Below are positions 8,532 to 15,441 of a stretch of DNA of 15,874 nucleotides, piece after piece (within the stretch, counting starts at the first letter, position 1; each line of letters opens with the position of its first letter). A program made the translations under genes and the position numbers. The stretch lies in assembly GCA_029974275.1 (NCBI GenBank), contig JARKSN010000209.1:1-15874 (forward strand), in the 5' to 3' direction. A model generated the notes under the pieces. It saw only the letters and a list, made by a program, of their open reading frames with translations, was not told the origin of the DNA and did not search any database. The DNA is from Candidatus Hydrogenedentota bacterium. Lineage in GTDB: Bacteria; Hydrogenedentota; Hydrogenedentia; Hydrogenedentales; SLHB01.

Positions 8532-10061
8532 GTGTCCACTGCAACAAAACTCACGGGAGCCCTCCAGGCTTATCTCGCGAAGACCTCTCCGGATCAACTG
8601 TCCGCGGAAGCCTTGGGGTATCTGGCGAATTTGACGGCGGTCGCGAACGTGGCTCCGGCTGCGGCGCGGGCTATCGTCCACGAACTGGCCGACCAGCGCA
8701 GCCATCTCAAACTCATCGCCAGCGAAAACTACTGCTCGATCGCAACGCAGTTGGCGATGGGCAATCTGCTCACGGACAAATACGCGGAAGGTTTTCCCGG
8801 CCATCGTTTCTATGAAGGCTGCACGAACGTCGACGACATCGAATCCTACGCGTGCGACCAGCTCCGCAAGCTGTTCGGCTGCGACCACGCCTACGTCCAA
8901 CCACACAGCGGCGCCGACGCGAACCTCATCGCGTATTGGGCCGTCTTGCAGACGCGCGTCGAGAACCCAGCGCTTGAGGCCAAGGGCATTAAAGACGTCA
9001 AGACGATGTCCGACGCGGATTGGACCGAGTTGCGTCACCTTTTGGGTAACCAAAAACTGCTGGGCATGGATCTGTACTCCGGCGGGCACCTCACACACGG
9101 CTATCGCCTCAATGTGTCCGCGAAGATGTTTGATGCCTACACCTACGGCGTAAGCCAAAAGACCGGCCTGCTCGATTACGACGAACTCGAAGCGCGCGTG
9201 CAGGAGGTCAAGCCGCTCATTTTTCTTGCGGGCTACAGCGCCTATCCGCGCAAGATCAATTTCAAGAAGATGCGCGAAATCGCCGATCGCGCGGGCGCGG
9301 TGTTCATGGTGGACATGGCGCATTTCGCGGGACTGGTCGCGGGCGGGGTTTTCGAGGATGACTACAATCCCGTGCGCCACGCGCATGTCGTGACGTCAAC
9401 CACGCACAAGACCCTGCGCGGACCGCGCGGCGGCATCGTGCTGTGCACGCAGGAGTTCGCCGACGCCGTCGACAAGGGTTGCCCGCTCGTGATGGGCGGT
9501 CCGCTGGGGCACGTCATCGCGTCAAAAGCCGTTGCGTTCACCGAGGCCAACACGCCCGCGTTCAAGGCCTACGCACAGAACATCGTGAAGAATTGCCAGG
9601 CGCTCGCGCAGAACTGCATCGACGAAGGCCTGACCATCGTCAGCGGCGGCACCGACAATCACCTCGCGCTGATCGACGTCACGCCGTTCGGCTTGACGGG
9701 CATGCAGGCCGCCGCCGCGGTGCATTCCTGCGGCGTCACCCTCAACAAGAACACGCTGCCCTTCGACATCAACGGCCCGTGGTATTCGAGCGGCCTGCGC
9801 ATCGGCACTGCCGCCGCCACGTCGCTCGGCATGGGCCTGCCGGAGATGAAGGAGATCGCGGGCGTCCTCAAACTCGTCATCTCGAACACGAAACCGGCGA
9901 TCATCGAGTCCGGCGCGAACCAAGGCAAGCCCAGCAAGGCCAAATTCGCGCTTGACGCCGCCGTGCGCGCCGAAGCCCAAGCCCGCGTGAAAGCGCTGCT
10001 GGATCGTTTCCCTGTTTATCCAGAGCTCGATCTGGCCTTGTTGCAGCAGTATTTTGGATAG
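8532..10061 (+). CDS. glyA: Serine hydroxymethyltransferase, long insert-containing type
   Basis: Motifs LIASENY, DKYAEG, VQPHSGADAN, GGHLTHG, DMAHFAGLVAG, PLP-lysine TTHKTLRGPRGG, GGTDNHL and SGLRIGT. GTG start at 8532 follows SD GAGGAG. Confidence 0.96.
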   Translation: MSTATKLTGALQAYLAKTSPDQLSAEALGYLANLTAVANVAPAAARAIVHELADQRSHLKLIASENYCSIATQLAMGNLLTDKYAEGFPGHRFYEGCTNVDDIESYACDQLRKLFGCDHAYVQPHSGADANLIAYWAVLQTRVENPALEAKGIKDVKTMSDADWTELRHLLGNQKLLGMDLYSGGHLTHGYRLNVSAKMFDAYTYGVSQKTGLLDYDELEARVQEVKPLIFLAGYSAYPRKINFKKMREIADRAGAVFMVDMAHFAGLVAGGVFEDDYNPVRHAHVVTSTTHKTLRGPRGGIVLCTQEFADAVDKGCPLVMGGPLGHVIASKAVAFTEANTPAFKAYAQNIVKNCQALAQNCIDEGLTIVSGGTDNHLALIDVTPFGLTGMQAAAAVHSCGVTLNKNTLPFDINGPWYSSGLRIGTAAATSLGMGLPEMKEIAGVLKLVISNTKPAIIESGANQGKPSKAKFALDAAVRAEAQARVKALLDRFPVYPELDLALLQQYFG

Positions 10062-10231
10062 ATTCGCCGCGATTCCGCGTGCGTTGCCGCGAGAAATGCG
10101 GGCTATGGCGTTCTCAAAAATGGCGCAGGCATGTTGTGTGCATAAATTCTGAAAACGCTTTGCGGAAAGCGCCGGCCATAGTGCGGCTCTGGAGGCTGTC
10201 TGAAAGCGCATGCGCCGGGCCGCGCGGCCGG

Positions 10232-10945
10232 TCACAGCATGTTGTGCGATTCGAGGAGCGCGGTATCGGCCAGTATGGCGGCGGTAGGACCGTCGGCGGC
10301 GACGCGGCCTTGGGATAGCAGGATGGTGCGGGGGCATAGGGCGTTGACCAGCGGCAGGTCGTGGGTGGCGACGATCATCGTGGCGGAGAGCTGCCGCAGA
10401 AGGGCGATCGCGTCTTTGCGTCCGCGCGGATCGAGGTTGGAGGTCGGTTCGTCGAGAACGACGATGGCCGGGCGCATGGCCAGCACCGTTGCGATCGCCG
10501 CGCGCCGTTTCTGCCCCTGACTGAGGTGGAACGCGCACTTGTTTTCAGCGCCGTCGAGGCCTACCGACGTCAAACATGCGCGCACGCGCGCCGCGACTTC
10601 GTTTTCGTCCAATCCCATGTTGCGCGGCCCGAATGCGATGTCGTCGAACACGGTGGGACAGAAGAGTTGATCGTCAGGGTTTTGAAAGACGAGTCCGACG
10701 CGACGGCGGATGTCGCGCCGCGAAGCGCGTTCGAGCCGGATTCCTTCCACCGTGATGGTTCCGGAAGTGGGCAGAATCAAGCCGTTGAGATGCAGCAGCA
10801 GCGTCGATTTTCCGGCTCCATTGGCGCCGATGATCGCGACGCGTTCGCCATGGGCCAGTTCAAAAGCGATGCCGTGCAGCGCCGCGGCCCCGTCCGGATA
10901 GGCGTAGGATACGCGATCGATGGCAATCGCCGGTCCGTGGGTCAT
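10232..10945 (-). CDS. cbiO: ECF transporter ATPase (NikO/CbiO)
   Basis: Walker A GANGAGKST, Q-loop VFQNPDDQLF, signature LSQGQKRR, Walker B VVLDEPT and H-loop ATHD. ATGA overlap with the Q gene stop. Confidence 0.92.
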   Translation of the reverse strand: MTHGPAIAIDRVSYAYPDGAAALHGIAFELAHGERVAIIGANGAGKSTLLLHLNGLILPTSGTITVEGIRLERASRRDIRRRVGLVFQNPDDQLFCPTVFDDIAFGPRNMGLDENEVAARVRACLTSVGLDGAENKCAFHLSQGQKRRAAIATVLAMRPAIVVLDEPTSNLDPRGRKDAIALLRQLSATMIVATHDLPLVNALCPRTILLSQGRVAADGPTAAILADTALLESHNML

Positions 10946-11712
10946 GCCAACCCCCAGCGCACTGCCACGGCAAGACATGCCATGGCGGCGACGAATCCAT
11001 AGTCTTTCGCGCACATGGGCGCGCTGGTTCGCGCGGGCAGGCGTCCTTCAAAGCCGCGGGCGAGCATGGCCAGGTGAATGCGTTCCGCGCGGGCCCACGT
11101 CCGCAAAAAAAGCGTTCCGATGATTTGGCCGACGACGCCCGCGCGCCACAGCCAACGCCCTCCGTATCCGCGCGCATCGCGGGCGTGCTTCATGCGCAAC
11201 GCTTCGTCGGCGAGGACAAACACGTAGCGGTAGGCGAAGCCGACGGTCATCGTGAACGCCCGGGGCAACCCCATGCGTTCCGCTCCGTGCAAGAGATCGG
11301 CGAGCGGCGTTGTGCCGGTGAGCAGCGCGACGCTCAACACACCAATGACGCTTTTGACCGCCACATTCCAAAACACCAACAGCCCGGAATAGGGGATGCG
11401 CGGGCCGCCCACGCCAAGCGTATAGCCCCCGCTTGCATGCGGACCGTCGAAAAACGGCAGGGACACGCCGACCATCGCCACAAAGGGCAGGATAACGAGC
11501 GAGCGGCGCAGGAGATAGATCCACGGGAGGCGCGAGGCAACGGATGCAACCGCCAGAATCGCGCCATACCCCGCAAACGCGAGAAACGCCGAAGGAGGGG
11601 TGCTAACGCTGATGACCGTCAACGCCAGAAACGCGGCGATCTTCGCGCGGGCGTCCACGCGGTGAAGGGGACTGTCCAGGCGCGCATGGCGTTCAACGAC
11701 GTCGGGGTTCAT
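10942..11712 (-). CDS. cbiQ: ECF transporter transmembrane T component (NikQ/CbiQ)
   Basis: DSPLHRVDARAK start, several TM segments, YRYVFVL, two conserved ARG motifs (RDARG, AMLARGF) and RAERIHLAM. Confidence 0.92.
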   Translation of the reverse strand: MNPDVVERHARLDSPLHRVDARAKIAAFLALTVISVSTPPSAFLAFAGYGAILAVASVASRLPWIYLLRRSLVILPFVAMVGVSLPFFDGPHASGGYTLGVGGPRIPYSGLLVFWNVAVKSVIGVLSVALLTGTTPLADLLHGAERMGLPRAFTMTVGFAYRYVFVLADEALRMKHARDARGYGGRWLWRAGVVGQIIGTLFLRTWARAERIHLAMLARGFEGRLPARTSAPMCAKDYGFVAAMACLAVAVRWGLA

Positions 11713-12025
11713 GGAACGTTGCCGAGGCGCGGCGGCGCGCGGCCCATTTCGCCAAACCGAGTCCCGCGCCAAACGTCGCAAGGACGCCGGCAAAGCCCGA
11801 CAGGGCCGTCGCCATGGTTTCGCTTGCCACGCCGGGAGCGGCGTAATCGGGCGCGATCGCGAAGGCCCAGAGGGGCCGATCCACGGCGTCATGGCGAAGC
11901 CCATTCGCTTCCGTCACCTTCTCGAGGCCGTCGGGCGACGGCGACGCAAACGGCGACAGGAAGGTCGCCAGGATCAACGCGACCCCCAACGCCGCCGCAA
12001 GAAACCAGATATCGCGCCGGCTCAT
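11693..12025 (-). CDS. PDGLE-domain membrane protein (NikN-type accessory component), 110 aa
   Basis: MSRRDIWFLAAALGVALILATFLSPFASPSPDGLEKV...PDY... plus a second TM helix. ATGA overlap with the M gene stop at 12022-12025. It is the C-terminal part of ORF 11693..12628. Confidence 0.88.
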   Translation of the reverse strand: MSRRDIWFLAAALGVALILATFLSPFASPSPDGLEKVTEANGLRHDAVDRPLWAFAIAPDYAAPGVASETMATALSGFAGVLATFGAGLGLAKWAARRRASATFHEPRRR

Positions 12026-12696
12026 TCGTATGCCTCCTCGAGAGGCGGCGCGACGAGACCTTGGCGCCATGACGCGATCAAGTGAGGGCGAGAGGCCATC
12101 ACGGTCGAAAGAATCGCGACGGTGATGATGGCCTCGCCGATGCCGATGATGGCGTGAATGCCGGCCATTGCGGGCAGCGCCGCCTGCAACGGAATTGTGC
12201 CGGAAAAAGCCAGTTCGCCGGCGCATGCCGCCGACGCCAGGACGACGGAAGACCAGGAGGCCAACGCCGCGCTTGTCAAAAAGCCGGTTCGCGTCTGCGG
12301 CAGCAGGGCTTGGAGCGAACGGAACACCGCATACCCGCCAATCCCGCCGACGATGCCCATGTTGAAAATGTTGGTTCCGAGCGCGGTGAGACCGCCGTCG
12401 GCAAACAGCAAACACTGCAACGTCAACACGACCGTCATCACGAGGCAGGCGTTCAAGGGACCCAAGGCGATCGCCGCGAACAGCGCCCCCAGAAAATGAC
12501 CGCTCGTGCCGGCGAACACCGGGAAATTCAGCATCTGCGCCGCGAAAATGAATGCCGCCGTCACGCCAAGCAAGGGGGCATGATCCTCTTGGAGCGTCTT
12601 GGCGGCGCGGGCCGCAGCCCTTCCGCAAACCGCCGCAGCCACGGCGAACGCGGCCACGTTCACCGGCCCGCTCACCATCCCGTCGGGTATGTGCAT
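12022..12696 (-). CDS. cbiM: ECF Ni/Co substrate-binding S component (NikM/CbiM)
   Basis: Diagnostic N-terminus MHIPDG, plus FAAQMLNFP, GTSGHFLG and LFADGGLTALGTNIFNMG. SD GAGGTG. Confidence 0.94.
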   Translation of the reverse strand: MHIPDGMVSGPVNVAAFAVAAAVCGRAAARAAKTLQEDHAPLLGVTAAFIFAAQMLNFPVFAGTSGHFLGALFAAIALGPLNACLVMTVVLTLQCLLFADGGLTALGTNIFNMGIVGGIGGYAVFRSLQALLPQTRTGFLTSAALASWSSVVLASAACAGELAFSGTIPLQAALPAMAGIHAIIGIGEAIITVAILSTVMASRPHLIASWRQGLVAPPLEEAYE

Positions 12697-12718
12697 GGAA
12701 TCACCTCTTGCTTGTCAG

Positions 12719-12745
12719 GTAATACGTCGCATACGAACGTAATAC
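12719..12745. promoter_or_regulatory. NikR-type operator GTAATAC-N13-GTAATAC
   Basis: Two identical quasi-palindromic 7-mers (12719-12725, 12739-12745) 13 bp apart, covering the predicted TSS of the MNQO operon. Matches the general GT-N3-AC, 13-bp spacer form of NikR boxes. Confidence 0.7.
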
Positions 12746-12746
12746 C

Positions 12747-12775
12747 ATTATGCCGCATGCCGCGCCCCGAAGCAA
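12747..12775 (-). promoter_or_regulatory. Sigma70-type promoter TTGCTT-N17-CATAAT of the MNQO operon
   Basis: -35 at 12775-12770 and -10 at 12752-12747, 1 bp from the operator. Confidence 0.6.
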
Positions 12776-12884
12776 CAAAACGCGCCTGGACGCCGCGCCG
12801 GGGGGCGAGGGGAGCATAGGGGGAAGAAGCCGTTTCCTCAAAGCGTTTGATCCAACACGAACCGTCGCGGCTAGGTCGCGCGCC

Positions 12885-12923
12885 AAAAAAGGAGGAGCGG
12901 CGGGCCTTGGGTGCCCGCCGCTC
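12885..12923 (-). terminator. Rho-independent terminator
   Basis: Perfect 11-bp stem GAGCGGCGGGC/GCCCGCCGCTC with a 7-nt loop, followed on the minus strand by CTCC-TTTTTT. Confidence 0.72.
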
Positions 12924-13124
12924 GTTGCGGGGAGTATCCGAAACCTTTTATTCGTGCGTCTTTTGGCGCAAGATGCCACGAACCATTGTCCTGAAACCAT
13001 TGGGCTGCGGTCTGTTGGCCTCAGTACTCAGCAAAATGGGCCGTTCCTGGCCTTGGTTTGCAAACGACGACATGGTGCATTGCCGTCGTTGGCCCGGTCC
13101 CACCCGCTGCGGTATTCGGATACC
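12885..13124 (-). ncRNA. Candidate structured small RNA (~190-nt folded core, ~240 nt with terminator), family unassigned
   Basis: Bounded by a consensus promoter and a terminator. The predicted 5' end GGUAUCCGAAUACC pairs with GGUUUCGGAUACU (12945-12933). Internal hairpins AACGACGGCA/UGUCGUCGUU and UUCGUG/CACGAA. No ORF with a well-placed SD. Confidence 0.55.
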
Positions 13125-13130
13125 GGCCCC

Positions 13131-13159
13131 ACTATATCGCAACATATGGTGCGTGTCAA
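13131..13159 (-). promoter_or_regulatory. Sigma70-type promoter TTGACA-N17-TATAGT
   Basis: -35 at 13159-13154, 17-nt spacer, -10 at 13136-13131; 11/12 consensus. Confidence 0.75.
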
Positions 13160-13323
13160 TCTATTTCTCAAAGGTCATTTTTGGACATGAATCACAATAT
13201 ATAGATTTGATGTAAAGACCAACACATCATATAGGTGCTTCTTAAAAAGAAAAAAGGATATGACCGAAGCTAAAGCGCTCTCGCTTCGTGGTGTCGTCTT
13301 TCGTCAAACACAATATATTGTGT
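13137..13323. promoter_or_regulatory. Cluster of four NrdR-box-like operators
   Basis: Compared with consensus acaCwAtATaTwGtgt: tcgCAACATATGGtgc (13137-13152), tcaCAATATATAGatt (13192-13207), acaCATCATATAGgtg (13222-13237) and acaCAATATATTGtgt (13308-13323, perfect 16-bp palindrome). Confidence 0.68.
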
Positions 13324-13464
13324 AATCTTGCGCTTCTGGAAAATGGGGTTGTCGGTCAGGCTGCCCTTTGCCTCGCGCTCGGAAGACCTGCAGGCGGACA
13401 CAGCGGTCGCCTCGAACGCGACGAGGACGAGAAAAGCTGGTTTGTCACGGAAGAGGGGAGCAGG

Positions 13465-13504
13465 AGAAAACAAGAAGCGCTGGTTTTTGTGAAACCAGCG
13501 CCTC
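13465..13504 (-). terminator. Rho-independent terminator of the small peptide gene
   Basis: 13-bp stem GAGGCGCTGGTTT/AAACCAGCGCTTC (one G-U pair) with a 5-nt loop, followed by TTGTTTTCT; 26 nt after the peptide stop codon. Confidence 0.7.
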
Positions 13505-13530
13505 AACAAACGAGTCTAATGATTCGAGAA

Positions 13531-13623
13531 TTAGAACCACCAGAACAGCAGCACCGCAAGCGGAAGCAGAATCCACCAGCCCCAGCTACCGAAATCAAAC
13601 AGATCTTTCCAATCCTTCTCCAT
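13531..13623 (-). CDS. 30-aa Trp-rich small membrane peptide MEKDWKDLFDFGSWGWWILLPLAVLLFWWF
   Basis: SD AGAAGGAG 7 nt before the ATG, TAA stop, its own promoter and terminator. Charged N-terminus plus a ~17-aa hydrophobic helix. Below the ORF-track size cutoff. Confidence 0.75.
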   Translation of the reverse strand: MEKDWKDLFDFGSWGWWILLPLAVLLFWWF

Positions 13624-13716
13624 TGTCTTTCTCCTTCTGTGTTTTCCTGACCGTTACGCCCCTCTCTGGGCAGGCGGTTTGTTCACTATCGAAAAACCGC
13701 CACCGATAACGAGCAT

Positions 13717-13745
13717 ACTATAATCATTTGTACAGGCAATGTCAA
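13717..13745 (-). promoter_or_regulatory. Sigma70-type promoter TTGACA-N17-TATAGT of the peptide gene
   Basis: -35 at 13745-13740 and -10 at 13722-13717; predicts a ~87-nt 5' UTR. Confidence 0.75.
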
Positions 13746-13878
13746 CTCTTTTTCATTACTACCCAAATACTCCCATCGCATCACTATTTTTTGCAGCGGA
13801 CCGGGAGGCCGGGCGGCGAGTTTTCCGGGAGATCCGCGTCGGCCTCTTGTCTTTTGGCTCTTGCCCCCGATTTTTGGA

Positions 13879-13884
13879 TATAAT
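13879..13884 (+). promoter_or_regulatory. Candidate -10 element (TATAAT) for glgA
   Basis: Perfect TATAAT 75 nt upstream of the ATG. No good -35 at 17 bp. Confidence 0.35.
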
Positions 13885-13959
13885 GCGTCCAGGAACGCCT
13901 GTTCCGGATGTTTTTCACGTGCGGAGGGCGCTTCCAGGGTGGTATCGAGAGGAAAATCC

Positions 13960-15441
13960 ATGCCGATGACGTCAAAGCCGTTGAAAATTCTGTACGTTTG
14001 TTCGGAAGTGTCGCCGCTGGTGAAAACGGGCGGACTGGGCGATGTGTCGTACGCATTGCCGAGGACGCTGCGGTCGTTGGGGCACGATGTGCGCGTGGCG
14101 ATGCCGTGTTACGGGACGATTCCCTTCGAGGTCCGCGGCGCGCAGGTGGCGATGTGCATTGCCGATATGGGATGGACCACGGCGTACGGCGCGCTGCGGC
14201 AGACCCATGTGCCGGGCACGAGCGTGCCGTTGTATCTGGTCGAGCATGACGGGTATTTCGACCGTCCGAATCCGTATGGCGGGCCGGAAGGCGAATACTG
14301 GGACAATGTCGAGCGGTTCAGTTTTTTCAATCTGGCGCTGTTGGACGGCATCGCCAATACCGGCTGGACGCCGGACCTGGTCCATTGCCACGATTGGCAT
14401 GCGGCCCTCATCCCCGCACATATCAAGACTCGTTTGGCGCGGCATCCTGTCTGGGGCGGCATGCCGACGCTCTTTACCATCCACAACCTTGGGTATCAAG
14501 GGCGGTATGCGGGGGGGATGTTTCCGAAAACGGGGCTGAGCTGGGAATATTTCACGCCGGAACACCTTGAGTTCTACGCCGGCATCAACCTCATGAAAGC
14601 CGGGATTGTCTTTGCGGACGCGCTCAGCACGGTCAGTCGCCGCTACGCCGTTGAAATTCAAACCCCTGAGTACGGACATGGCCTCGACGGCGTCTTGCGG
14701 ACGCGCGCCAAGGACCTCTACGGCATTGTCAATGGCGTCGACTACGACAAATGGAATCCTGCCTGCGACCCGCGCATCGCCGCGACGTTTACGGCGGACG
14801 CTGTCGAGGGCAAGGTCGTCTGCAAGTCGGATTTGCAGCGGCATTGTGATTTTCCAAAGAGTCAGGCCCCCTTGTTTGGCATGGTTTCCCGGTTGACGTG
14901 GCAAAAGGGCATTGATCTGCTGGTCGACATGATTGACGCCATGCTCGAACAAGACGTGCAACTCGTCGTTTTGGGAAACGGAGACGCTTATTACCAGGAT
15001 CGTATGGCGCAATCGGCGCGGCGTCATCCCAAGCGCATGCGGCTGTTCCTCGGATATGACGACGTCCTGGCGCATCGCATCTATGCGGGGAGCGATTTTT
15101 TCCTGATGCCTTCGCACACCGAACCGTGCGGTCTTAGTCAGTTGTACAGTCTCGCGTACGGGACGCTGCCGATCGTGCGTCGCACGGGCGGCCTTGCCGA
15201 TACGGTTCAGCCCGTCACGCGCGCGAACCTGGCCCGCAACAAGGCCACGGGGTTCGCGTTCAGCGCCGCCACGGCCACGGCCCTTTCCAGCGCCGTCAAT
15301 CGGGCCATCGCCCTGTACGACGACAAGAAGACGCTCGCCCAGATGCGCCGCGCCGCCATGCTCGAAGATTTTTCCTGGAAGCACTCTTCCCAAGAGTACG
15401 AGCGTCTTTACCGCAAGGTTGTGCGCAAGCATGTCTCCTGA
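13960..15441 (+). CDS. glgA: Glycogen synthase (GT5)
   Basis: SEVSPLVKTGGLGDV (KTGG motif), HCHDWHAAL, FTIHNLGYQG, GIVNGVDYDKWNP, SRLTWQKG, PSHTEPCGLSQL, RRTGGLADTV and DFSW. SD GAGAGG before the ATG at 13960. Confidence 0.96.
   Translation: MPMTSKPLKILYVCSEVSPLVKTGGLGDVSYALPRTLRSLGHDVRVAMPCYGTIPFEVRGAQVAMCIADMGWTTAYGALRQTHVPGTSVPLYLVEHDGYFDRPNPYGGPEGEYWDNVERFSFFNLALLDGIANTGWTPDLVHCHDWHAALIPAHIKTRLARHPVWGGMPTLFTIHNLGYQGRYAGGMFPKTGLSWEYFTPEHLEFYAGINLMKAGIVFADALSTVSRRYAVEIQTPEYGHGLDGVLRTRAKDLYGIVNGVDYDKWNPACDPRIAATFTADAVEGKVVCKSDLQRHCDFPKSQAPLFGMVSRLTWQKGIDLLVDMIDAMLEQDVQLVVLGNGDAYYQDRMAQSARRHPKRMRLFLGYDDVLAHRIYAGSDFFLMPSHTEPCGLSQLYSLAYGTLPIVRRTGGLADTVQPVTRANLARNKATGFAFSAATATALSSAVNRAIALYDDKKTLAQMRRAAMLEDFSWKHSSQEYERLYRKVVRKHVS

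Noticed and set aside
12780..13130. Cobalamin or NiCo riboswitch controlling the MNQO operon
   Set aside because: CCCCGCAAC is present but lacks the following UGU, the GGGAA/GGUG..AAUCC T-loop and the AGCCAG B12 box. NiCo-like words (GUGGGAC, CCGGGC, CUGAG, CAACAG) occur in the wrong order. The operon has its own proximal promoter.
12933..13130. Assignment of the ncRNA as tmRNA, SRP RNA, RNase P RNA, retron msr-msd or tRNA
   Set aside because: Too short for tmRNA or RNase P and lacking their motifs; no SRP CAGG-GNRA-AGCAG domain; no reverse transcriptase nearby; no tRNA cloverleaf. 6S is not assigned but cannot be excluded without Infernal.
13130..13330. Replication origin in the AT-rich stretch
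   Set aside because: No DnaA boxes (TTATCCACA or close variants) seen on either strand, and no dnaA or rep gene nearby.
13465..13623. Trp leader peptide / attenuator
   Set aside because: It has tandem Trp codons and a terminator, but no trp or aromatic-pathway gene follows, the downstream unit has its own promoter, and the peptide looks like a transmembrane helix.
12750..13969. ORF-track ORFs in the gap (12750-13190, 12847-13215, 12948-13145, 13270-13509, 13288-13650, 13368-13709, 13686-13961, 13739-13969)
   Set aside because: No convincing SD or domain-like composition, and most cross or start inside predicted promoters and terminators.
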